Source of the DNA: Bacteroidales bacterium
GTDB lineage: Bacteria; Bacteroidota; Bacteroidia; Bacteroidales; M50B96
DNA: 64,000 nucleotides
Reading direction: 5' to 3'
Assembly: GCA_018401015.1 (NCBI GenBank)
Contig: JAGYLP010000001.1
Span: 78,463-142,462 of the forward strand
This document shows, piece after piece, positions 56,423 to 64,000 of the stretch; position 1 is the stretch's first letter; the number at the start of each line of letters is the position of its first letter. The position numbers and the translations under genes are program-made. The notes under the pieces are model-generated. The model did no database searches. It was not told where the DNA came from and saw nothing but the letters and a program-made list of their open reading frames with translations.

Positions 56423-57196
56423 TTAAGCAGTCTTTAGTGATCGTTTTCTACTAATGATGATGAGATATAGAAATAAGCCAAAAGCAAAGGTCAGAATAAC
56501 CGTAGCGGCTACTTTCGTGATGTTAAAGGCATAGGCTTTCCCTTCGGCATCGTAACTGAAGCAGTAATTCAGCACTTTATTGATGGTGGGACCTGATTTC
56601 CCTGCTGCGGCCTCGATGGTCGCCATTTTTAAATCGAATGGATTGAAAAACATACCGTATAAATAGCGGGTAATTTTTCCTTTTGGACTCAACATGGTGA
56701 GTGCGGCAGCGTGGACATAATCCTCGCCTTCTTTCTTGAACCCGAAGCCCACTGCATCGACTAAAGCCTGCACATTGGCACTGTCGCCGGTCATGAACCG
56801 CCATCCATTCGGGTCGATCTCGCGTTCGAGCTGCGCAAAATAATTTTTTCGCTTGTCGCGGCCAAGATCCCAAGTTTCGTTCCAGTTAAAGCTGATTGTC
56901 AGTACTTGATAATCGATCCCTAGAACCATGTCGCTGCGATCAACGACCTCGGTTACCCCATCGAGCAACGGGCTGCATATACCGGGGCAGTTGAAATAAA
57001 CCAGCACCAAAACGGTCGGTTTGTCGATGATCTCGTCCAGGATAACTTCTTCTCCAGCGTCGTTGGTAAAGACCAAACCTTTGGGAATGGTTTCGTCGAG
57101 TTTTTCAAAAATACCGATCTGTGCTACATCGTCAGAATTACCCATAGCGAACAGGGTGGTCGCTAGGAATAGTAAGCTTGCAAAAATCTTTTTCAT
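56423..57196 (-). CDS. SCO family copper chaperone
   Basis: A thioredoxin fold with the CxxxC motif FNCPGICSPL and a C-terminal TM anchor are present. It is the first gene of the oxidase operon. Confidence 0.85.
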   Translation of the reverse strand: MKKIFASLLFLATTLFAMGNSDDVAQIGIFEKLDETIPKGLVFTNDAGEEVILDEIIDKPTVLVLVYFNCPGICSPLLDGVTEVVDRSDMVLGIDYQVLTISFNWNETWDLGRDKRKNYFAQLEREIDPNGWRFMTGDSANVQALVDAVGFGFKKEGEDYVHAAALTMLSPKGKITRYLYGMFFNPFDLKMATIEAAAGKSGPTINKVLNYCFSYDAEGKAYAFNITKVAATVILTFAFGLFLYLIIISRKRSLKTA

Positions 57197-57296
57197 GCCT
57201 TGAATTAATTAGTTGTTTTATAAGCGTTTGTGAAAATCTGTAATGATGTTTGCTTAAGCACCCCGACAACTGCCCTGCCGGGAAGCAGGAGCTGTT

Positions 57297-57310
57297 TTTG
57301 AGCGCTCAAA
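57297..57310. promoter_or_regulatory. perfect 14-bp palindrome TTTGAGCGCTCAAA upstream of the oxidase operon
   Basis: The palindrome is read directly from the sequence. It lies about 100 bp upstream of the sco ATG and abuts a GC hairpin at 57268-57300. Confidence 0.3.
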
Positions 57311-57660
57311 TATTTTAAAAAAATACTTTAACATCCGATTATATGATTTGTTTAGACACTAGTCAGATTGATTGAAAATAGTTTTACTCGTTGATTTGTG
57401 TAAGTATGTGATTTCATGTGCTTTATGTAGTTTTCGCTAAAGCTGGTTCTTCTGTTTTTATTCATAATGTTTTTGTAGGCGATCATTTTTTGCAAATTAC
57501 TGCATATCAGGAGTTAAGCTGCTATGGAAAATTTAGACAACTTTTAGCTTGCAATCGCATGGGGCGGTTTGTTAAAATTGGAGTTTCTCATACTTTCAAT
57601 TTGCTCGATAAGCTACTCATTGATTATCTTTAGCTGTACAAATGCTAATCCTCAACCACT

Positions 57661-57996
57661 ATGAAGCCGATATCCTTTTCCGAGCGGGATCTGGAAGTTG
57701 TAATGTCTTTAATAAAAGATGCTGAGCGGCGCGAAACACGCGCTTTTGGAGCGGAGTTACGTACTTATTGCAACCGATTGGAAGGCGAAGATGCCATTTG
57801 GGAGCTGGGTCGAATTATTCAGTACAAACAAAAAACCATGAATCTTCGGAATACTAACCCGAATAAAGGTTTAGTGTTAGCGCGGTTACTGGGCGAAGGT
57901 TGGCTGGAGCCGGACGATTTTTTCTTTTTGCCCAGGGAGCAACAAGCGTTAATTATTTCCGAGGCCGAAATGTGGAAAAATTCCGATGAGGATTAG
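57661..57996 (+). CDS. hypothetical protein (111 aa)
   Basis: This is a clean ORF with plausible composition and no recognised motif. Its stop codon overlaps the stop of the convergent polyprenyl synthase gene. Confidence 0.4.
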   Translation: MKPISFSERDLEVVMSLIKDAERRETRAFGAELRTYCNRLEGEDAIWELGRIIQYKQKTMNLRNTNPNKGLVLARLLGEGWLEPDDFFFLPREQQALIISEAEMWKNSDED

Positions 57997-58973
57997 TGAT
58001 TCCTTTTCAGCAGGTCAACGGCAAAATCTTTTAAAACGCTCTTCCGCTCACTCGGGAGATTTAGCTCATTAAAAGCTTCGAATGCTTGCTCGTAGTAGGC
58101 CTCCTGAGCTGCTCTTGCAAGCTGGTCTATCCCTAAATCTCTCAATATCTCCGTTACGCGTCGAATTTTCTCCTCCGGATTGGCAGGATTCAGACTTAGC
58201 CATTGTTTTAATTCGGTTGCATCTTTTCCCTGAGCTTTTTCTAAAGCTTGAATGGTTAGGAAGGTCTTTTTATTTGCGGCAATATCTCCTCCTAAAACTT
58301 TCTGAAAGTGTTTTGGGTCACCAAATACATCGAGGTAATCGTCCTGAATCTGAAAGGCTAAGCCAATGTTCCTTCCAAACTCGTAAAGTCGGTCGGCGTC
58401 GTTGGGGGATGCGTCGCCAATTATGGCTCCAATTTTCAGCGAGCCGGCAATGAGGACAGATGTCTTGAGCTCAATCATTCGCAAGTAATCTGGGAGGGGG
58501 ACTTCCTGCAGGTTTTCAAAATCCATATCGAACTGCTGTCCTTCGCATACCTCGATGGCTAATTTGTTGAATGAATGGAGGATTTCCGAATAGCGTGTGC
58601 TTTGGGTTTGAGCTAAGAGTTGATACGACAGAATAGCCATCGCATCGCCGGCAAGGATAGCCACGTTTCCGTCCCATTTTTTATGAACGGTAGGGTTGCC
58701 GCGCCGTAGATCGCTCCGGTCCATGATGTCGTCGTGAATGAGCGTGAAGTTGTGAAATACTTCGATTGCCAGGGCGGCAGGAAGCGCTTGAATGTAGTTC
58801 TCGGCAAACAGATTGCAAGCCAGCAGAACCATGCTGGGGCGCAAGCGTTTTCCACCTAATTCGAGAATGTATTTAAGTGGTTCGTAAAGGCGGTTCGGAG
58901 GTCTAACCTGTAAAAGGGGATTGTGACTTATTTCCTGTTCAATAAGTTTTCGGCTTTCCGATAAAGTGAGCAT
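57993..58973 (-). CDS. polyprenyl diphosphate synthase
   Basis: The first Asp-rich motif is LIHDDIMD and the second is QIQDDYLD. The length is 326 aa. Confidence 0.85.
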   Translation of the reverse strand: MLTLSESRKLIEQEISHNPLLQVRPPNRLYEPLKYILELGGKRLRPSMVLLACNLFAENYIQALPAALAIEVFHNFTLIHDDIMDRSDLRRGNPTVHKKWDGNVAILAGDAMAILSYQLLAQTQSTRYSEILHSFNKLAIEVCEGQQFDMDFENLQEVPLPDYLRMIELKTSVLIAGSLKIGAIIGDASPNDADRLYEFGRNIGLAFQIQDDYLDVFGDPKHFQKVLGGDIAANKKTFLTIQALEKAQGKDATELKQWLSLNPANPEEKIRRVTEILRDLGIDQLARAAQEAYYEQAFEAFNELNLPSERKSVLKDFAVDLLKRNH

Positions 58974-58979
58974 GAGGAA

Positions 58980-59897
58980 TCAATACGTTAAGTGACGATC
59001 TTTCTTTTCGGGATAAATATCGGCTAAGGTGATGAGAATTCCTGTGTCCTCCATGTTAAAAAAGTAGGGATTATCGACCGTTCCAAAGGTTTTCATGGAA
59101 GGGGAGATATTCATGTAGGAATTGATGAGAGGCGGGATGGCTTCTCCTCGTTTACGAACTTCTTTGGAAAGACGTTTATAATCCTCTGTTTTATCGTCTC
59201 CAATAATAATTTTGGTTAGTTCTTCTTTCGAGTGGAGCAGCGGTAGCGGCTCATGAGCCTGAATAATTTCGTCGGGATCGGGAAAATAAATACTGAGGTA
59301 ATAAAGGACTAAATCGCGGGCAAATCGGTCGTAGTTTTTATAGATAGACACTTGTCCGAAAAAATATTTCATTTGAGGGAATCGCACAATCAGAGAACCG
59401 AGTCCGTCCCACAAATTATCCAGGGTAAAAATGGCACGACGACTTTCGGCGGTCGATTGAAATTCAGGACGAATAAAAGAGCGGCCCAGTTCAATGGTAA
59501 AGGGCAACATATGCTGAATAAAGTGATCGGAATACTTAAAAAGCCGGGCGGTACCCAGTTCAATTTTACCTTCCTGGTTGGTTGCATTCCATCCGGTTTT
59601 ATATCGATATCCACCTAAAATGAGTTCTTCGCGTGGATCCCAGATGATCAATTGAGTGTATGGATGCTCGGCGGTGTCGAGTGCGTCGATATCGGCTTCT
59701 TTTCCTGTTCCGCTTCCAACTTCGCGATAGGCGATTTCGCGCAAACGCCCAATCTCTTTCATGATATTCGGAGAATTATGAGCATTTATCTCATAAATTT
59801 CGTTTTGTTGTTTGTTTGTATGCCGAATAAACTTATCCGAGCTTAGTTCTTGTTTGATTAAGTGTTTCTCTATCGGATGAATGATAGTTTGCATCAT
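58980..59897 (-). CDS. GNAT-fold N-acyltransferase, OlsB/GlsB-like (amino-acid lipid synthesis; often annotated as hemolysin)
   Basis: The roughly 300-aa length and the segment IMKEIGRLREIAYREVGSGTGKEADIDALD resemble the family. The call rests on recollection of that family and is not verified. Confidence 0.5.
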   Translation of the reverse strand: MMQTIIHPIEKHLIKQELSSDKFIRHTNKQQNEIYEINAHNSPNIMKEIGRLREIAYREVGSGTGKEADIDALDTAEHPYTQLIIWDPREELILGGYRYKTGWNATNQEGKIELGTARLFKYSDHFIQHMLPFTIELGRSFIRPEFQSTAESRRAIFTLDNLWDGLGSLIVRFPQMKYFFGQVSIYKNYDRFARDLVLYYLSIYFPDPDEIIQAHEPLPLLHSKEELTKIIIGDDKTEDYKRLSKEVRKRGEAIPPLINSYMNISPSMKTFGTVDNPYFFNMEDTGILITLADIYPEKKDRHLTY

Positions 59898-60034
59898 AGC
59901 GGGTTGTTTTAGCTTGATAAATGTAGTAAAAGAAACAAGAAGAAAAGGGGGCTATGGGGAATAATTTCCTGTATCAGGAATTTAGTGGCGAATTACTGAA
60001 AATAAGCCATCTATGTAATAATTCAGGGAAACGA

Positions 60035-60769
60035 TTAAGCGTAAACCACTTTTCGTAAAGTGCGGATTTTTTCTGTTTCCGAAAGGAAAACAATCAAATA
60101 ACCGTTGGATGTAGAATAAGCGAGGGACTTCAGGGTAAGATTGAAATGTTTATCGTGGTATTCGGAGGTTTTACAATCGACCGTTTTGGCAATTTTACTG
60201 TAGAGTTTCATCCAATCTTTGTATGATTCCGGGAAAAGCCGATCGATTTTCTTCCCTTTTAGGTCGGATTTGTATAATCCCGACCATTTTTCAAAGGCGG
60301 TGTTTCCTTCAACAAACTTTAAGTTCTCGGGTTTGCCCATGCTATTTTTCAGGACTTTGAATCGCAGGTAGGGTATGTTCCAATGCAGGTTCATGTATTG
60401 TTCATACTCATGGGAGAAGAAGTCGTATAGTTTGATGTTGTCGAAAAAATCGATTTGAGAATTGGTTTGGGAACGCAAATAATTGATTAAGCCGTCGTTC
60501 GTCGGGTCGAATCGCTCGAAGAAGTAGAGGGTAATCTTGTGCGTATAGAGGTCGATTGCGTCGCTCTTGCTCAATTTGTTTCCTAATAATTTTTCCAGGG
60601 CTTTACCTCCAATCGCTTGTTGATCTTCCCCTCCGGGAAAAATTCGATCGTGAAGCATGGCTATGATGGCACGATAATTCTTTTGATAGCTCTTTTTTCG
60701 GGTAAGAAAATAGACTGCTATTAAGAGTATTAGTATAAGACCTATAGCGATAAATACGTAGTTCCCCAT
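60035..60769 (-). CDS. hypothetical membrane-anchored protein
   Basis: The likely start is MGNYVFIAIGLILILLIAVYFL (single TM helix) at 60769. The soluble C-terminal part carries no recognised motif. Confidence 0.5.
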   Translation of the reverse strand: MGNYVFIAIGLILILLIAVYFLTRKKSYQKNYRAIIAMLHDRIFPGGEDQQAIGGKALEKLLGNKLSKSDAIDLYTHKITLYFFERFDPTNDGLINYLRSQTNSQIDFFDNIKLYDFFSHEYEQYMNLHWNIPYLRFKVLKNSMGKPENLKFVEGNTAFEKWSGLYKSDLKGKKIDRLFPESYKDWMKLYSKIAKTVDCKTSEYHDKHFNLTLKSLAYSTSNGYLIVFLSETEKIRTLRKVVYA

Positions 60770-60831
60770 CGTTCCTTTAGAAGAAAGTGCAAGTAACAAA
60801 TTTTTACAATGCAATAAAAGAGTTTTATCTC

Positions 60832-61572
60832 CTAATGAATAGCTTGTTCCCAGCTTCCATACATCGGGTTAGGCAGCAAAAAAAAGCGGGTTCCGAAGGC
60901 TTCTGCGTTTTTTGTTACAGCTTCTTTTCCGTGATTTTTGTCACGCATTTCAAAAATGGAATCAAAATCATCCAAATTGTCCCCTAAAAACTGGACAATA
61001 TGATAGTTCTTCCATACTACATTTCTACGGGTGGTTTTGCTGCTTTCGTCCTCTTTAAATAGATAATGATCGAGAGGAATAGCCGGATAACCTAGCTTCG
61101 CCAAGTTCTCTTGTGTCGAATTGATTTCACCTGTTTTTCGATTGCTGATGAGGAAGATAGCCACTCCCAGAGAATCGGCTTTGTATAAAAACGAACGCGA
61201 ACCCGGTACAGCTTTCGCTTTGGCCGAATCGGTCCACTGTTTCCAGGTTTCCGATTCATAGCTTTTTCCGTTTCGAATTAAAAACCATTCATAATCGGAA
61301 TTATCCAAAACGGTTTCATCTACATCCAATACAATGGCTGGAGGTAAGTCCGATGCGGATGCATTGGCCAGCGACGTTTCCAAACTTGCATAAGCCCAAT
61401 TATACACTTGTAAACACATGGCTTCGTACTCTGCCGAATAACTTACCCATTCCACAGCTTTCCGTAAATCGTTTCCCGACTGAGTGGTTTCAGACTTGGA
61501 TGTAGGATTACAAGCGAAGAAAGGAAGAAGGCTTAAGACAAAAAGAATCTTTTTCATGGTATTGAGCGTCAT
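60832..61572 (-). CDS. class C acid phosphatase / 5'-nucleotidase, lipoprotein e(P4) family
   Basis: The lipoprotein signal is MKKILFVLSLLPFFAC, with an alternative start at 61557. HAD motif I is VLDVDETVLDNS, and GDNLDDF is also present. Confidence 0.75.
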   Translation of the reverse strand: MTLNTMKKILFVLSLLPFFACNPTSKSETTQSGNDLRKAVEWVSYSAEYEAMCLQVYNWAYASLETSLANASASDLPPAIVLDVDETVLDNSDYEWFLIRNGKSYESETWKQWTDSAKAKAVPGSRSFLYKADSLGVAIFLISNRKTGEINSTQENLAKLGYPAIPLDHYLFKEDESSKTTRRNVVWKNYHIVQFLGDNLDDFDSIFEMRDKNHGKEAVTKNAEAFGTRFFLLPNPMYGSWEQAIH

Positions 61573-61786
61573 TTTAATTTGTTGGTTGGTTCGTATTGCC
61601 CGGCAAAAGACATCGTTTCACTCCTTTATTTTGAACCAGATGCTAAGATTTATTGGTCTGAAAATAAGCTGGATTAACACGATGTAGATGCCTTGAAATA
61701 ATCGTTCGAAGAAAAATATTTTTTTTCAATTGAGAGCTGTAACTTTCGATGGAATTGTCCGTTTCGATGTCAGTTCCAGAAAAACG

Positions 61787-62272
61787 ATGAGTCCACAAGA
61801 ATTCAATCAATACATTGACGAATATTCCGATGCCATCTTTCGTTTCTTGCTGAAGCAAGTTCGAAACGAAGAGCTGGCACGCGATATTATTCAGGACTCC
61901 TTGGAGAAACTCTGGCGAAACCGGAATCAGGTAATGAAAGATAAAGTTAAATCGTGGCTGTTTACCACCGCTTATCATGGGCTAATCGATGCCATTCGTA
62001 AGGACAAAAAGCGCCTGGAATACGAAAAGCAGTTCGATTCAGCTAATGTCGATTCCCGGCAATACACCGATTTGAACGAGGTGCTTCACAAGGCTTTAGA
62101 AACTTTACCGGAAATTCAAAAAACCGTGGTTCTTTTGCGCGACTACGAAGGTTATTCCTACGACGAAATTGGCGAAATTTGCAACTTGAGCGAGGCCCAG
62201 GTTAAGGTGTATATTTATCGGGCTCGCGTTGGAATGAAAAAATACATTGGCAAATTAGAAACAGTGCTTTAA
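61787..62272 (+). CDS. ECF-type RNA polymerase sigma factor
   Basis: The region 2 segment is ARDIIQDSLEKLWRN. The region 4.2 HTH is YDEIGEICNLSEAQVKVYIYRARVGMKKYI. The likely start is MSPQEF at 61787. Confidence 0.85.
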   Translation: MSPQEFNQYIDEYSDAIFRFLLKQVRNEELARDIIQDSLEKLWRNRNQVMKDKVKSWLFTTAYHGLIDAIRKDKKRLEYEKQFDSANVDSRQYTDLNEVLHKALETLPEIQKTVVLLRDYEGYSYDEIGEICNLSEAQVKVYIYRARVGMKKYIGKLETVL

Positions 62273-62282
62273 AAATACCCCT

Positions 62283-63434
62283 ATGTCTACATCGATCAAC
62301 ATACAAAATTACGAAAGCTTTTTCCTCGATTTCCTCGAAGGAAATTTGCCGGAAAACCTGCATGCCGAATTACTCGAGTTCCTTGCCAATCACCCTAATT
62401 TGCAAGATGAATTTCTCGCCTTAAAACAAGATTTTCCCACACTTGAGGCTGATACGGAAGAGCAACTGCCGGATAAATGGAGTTTCAAGAAGCCCGAAAT
62501 CCTGAGCGAAGAAGAAGGAACTGTTTTGGACGAAAAACTAATCGCCTATTGGGAGAACGATTTGTCGGATAAAGAGCGAAAAGCCGTTGAGAAAAACGTA
62601 TCGACCAATGCCGGCTTAGCTGCTTTATCTACTTTGTATAAACGAATTCGTTTAAAGCCTGATTTGTCGGTTGGACTCAAAGATAAATACGCATTCAAAA
62701 GGCATAGGATTTTGCCGCTCTTCAACGAATCGGTTCAGAAAATCTATTCCGCAGCTGCTATTCTTGTTATCATGCTTCTTTCGGGCCAAGCTTGGCTTAT
62801 GCTTCAGCGTAGTGGGCAGCAGGAGGACATGGCCTACACCGACGAACGAGCTTATTTCTCGCGAGGGGTGAGCTCGCCACTCACTCAGGCTGAAAATAAG
62901 CCTGCTTATGCTTTGCTCCAAGAGAGAGCAAAGCAGGTACCTCAAGCCCTTCATGAAACGGGAAGTAATGCTTCCGAAACGACTGAAGCCAGTCAAATCC
63001 CTTCGGTTGCCCAAACGAATCGCAACACCACACGCTCACATACTTTGCCCGAGCAACGCTTAATGCCCCGAACTGCCTCAACGCTTCAGCTCGACCCGAT
63101 GCCATCGGTCGATTTGAAACAATACGCTTCCATGCGGGTTCGACCGAGTTATTTGCCCGAAAATTCGAAGAAAGACGGACAATCGTTTTCGGTGAGAGAG
63201 TATTTGGTTTATCGTTTTAACCGCGATGTGCTTAGAAATGATCCTTCCCGGATCGATACGCGCGACTTTAGCCTTTACCACCTGGCTGATGCCAGTTTAA
63301 ATGGGCTGGAAAAAATCAGCAAAGGGCGAATTGAGTGGAAGCCATCAATCGATGAAGAAGGTGAGCTCGATTATTATGCCATCACTACACCACTTTTCCA
63401 AATTAAACGGCAAGTAAAATCCGACGACGAATAG
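62283..63434 (+). CDS. putative anti-sigma factor / membrane protein
   Basis: The gene starts 10 nt after the sigma gene. The N-terminus YESFFLDFLEGNLPENLHAELLEFLANHP is typical of Bacteroidota anti-sigma partners. A single TM helix IYSAAAILVIMLLSGQAWLML is present. Confidence 0.5.
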   Translation: MSTSINIQNYESFFLDFLEGNLPENLHAELLEFLANHPNLQDEFLALKQDFPTLEADTEEQLPDKWSFKKPEILSEEEGTVLDEKLIAYWENDLSDKERKAVEKNVSTNAGLAALSTLYKRIRLKPDLSVGLKDKYAFKRHRILPLFNESVQKIYSAAAILVIMLLSGQAWLMLQRSGQQEDMAYTDERAYFSRGVSSPLTQAENKPAYALLQERAKQVPQALHETGSNASETTEASQIPSVAQTNRNTTRSHTLPEQRLMPRTASTLQLDPMPSVDLKQYASMRVRPSYLPENSKKDGQSFSVREYLVYRFNRDVLRNDPSRIDTRDFSLYHLADASLNGLEKISKGRIEWKPSIDEEGELDYYAITTPLFQIKRQVKSDDE

Positions 63435-63471
63435 GGTCGTCCATCGGACTCAGGTTTGCCATTCTTCTTTT

Positions 63472-64000
63472 TTAAAAATGGAAGGATACACCCAGACTTA
63501 AAGGCGTGAATTCTTCGAATCCAAGTTCAGTCGGGGTAATTTTTTCCGCATCGACCAAGTCGCTTAAACGATAGCGTGCGTAGAGCGATATGTTGTTATA
63601 ACCCAAGCGGGCACTCAAACCATAACTAAACGGGTGGATGTATTCAACTTTTCGATACCGGCGAACTTCTTCTTTGTACAAATCCATATCGGTTCCATCG
63701 ATTGTTACAATTTTGTCGCGGTAGGCATTCCATTCGCCATAGGCTCCAAGATCGAAGTATAATCCCAGGGTGTTTCCACGCTTCGCGAAATTGAATCGCT
63801 GGTAAAGCTCCAGGCCCCATGCGCCGAGTTCGAAATCTTCTTTACTCCCTATTTCCTGGTCGGGATTCACATAATCGATGGAGTAGGTCGAAAGGTTGTA
63901 GTACAATTGAGCACCCAAAGCATAGTAATTACTGATTTTGTATTTGTAGCGAACTCCCACTTGAAAGTCGAACGACCAAGGCGAATTTTGCTTGTTTAAT
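63472..64000 (-). CDS. outer-membrane beta-barrel protein, C-terminal part (5' end beyond the window)
   Basis: The sequence has an alternating beta-strand pattern and ends in ...LSLGVSFHF. The frame stays open upstream of the track GTG through nt 64000 (...LNKQNSPWSFDFQ). Confidence 0.55.
   Translation of the reverse strand, partial: LNKQNSPWSFDFQVGVRYKYKISNYYALGAQLYYNLSTYSIDYVNPDQEIGSKEDFELGAWGLELYQRFNFAKRGNTLGLYFDLGAYGEWNAYRDKIVTIDGTDMDLYKEEVRRYRKVEYIHPFSYGLSARLGYNNISLYARYRLSDLVDAEKITPTELGFEEFTPLSLGVSFHF

Noticed and set aside
57418-57633. A 71-aa plus-strand ORF in the region upstream of the oxidase operon.
   Set aside because: It has a GTG/TTG-type start, no motif, and lies in an AT-rich promoter region. 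Coding support is insufficient.
1-64000. I looked for tRNA, rRNA, tmRNA and RNase P signatures, CRISPR-like spaced repeats, transposase or integrase genes, long terminal inverted repeats, and defence-system hallmarks (nucleases paired with ATPases, reverse transcriptases, toxin-antitoxin pairs).
   Set aside because: I found none by eye. All intergenic regions longer than 250 bp (10081, 13755, 23436, 24462, 38964, 48364 and 57197) lack the conserved cores I know, such as GGTTCGAATCC-type T-arms or the RNase P GGAAAGTCCGGGC core. A covariance-model scan would be needed to be sure.

Overview
This is a densely packed chromosomal window from a member of the Bacteroidota. The evidence for that placement is type A and type B T9SS C-terminal sorting domains, a half-size GlgA-like/lipoprotein/glmS gene order, exact TAnnTTTG -7 promoter motifs, and an A2-type caa3 oxidase. 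I support about 50 protein genes. Most are housekeeping: partial ileS, hemW, pdxA, lpxK, purine nucleoside phosphorylase, tatA, ugd plus a UDP-sugar epimerase, comF, PBP1A, selU, glmS, fbaA, glnS, a sco-coxI-III-IV-II(c)-heme O synthase operon, polyprenyl synthase and two sigma factors. I saw no rRNA, tRNA, CRISPR array, transposase, integrase or recognisable defence gene. The best candidate for something new is the surface locus at 39.4-49.1 kb. It holds a 1934-aa Cys-rich T9SS type-B cargo protein with a protease-less P-domain and 8 tandem modules, a 1025-aa DUF2723/TMEM260-like GT-C membrane enzyme, and a 76-aa secreted poly-Pro mini-protein with an exosortase-style C-terminal tail. Other notable points are: a phosphate-scavenging island (porin, PiT fused to a PhoU-like domain, PhoR/PhoB-like pair, T9SS-secreted endonuclease I) with a perfect 7+4+7 direct-repeat Pho-box-like site in the divergent promoter; a 1077-aa single-chain fusion of modules that are normally separate subunits (HcnABC or archaeal proline dehydrogenase type); and a breakpoint near 22995 where two convergent genes both lose their native 3' ends. 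All calls rest on motif recognition in the supplied translations and on my own reading of the DNA. No similarity search or folding was run, and start codons are approximate.
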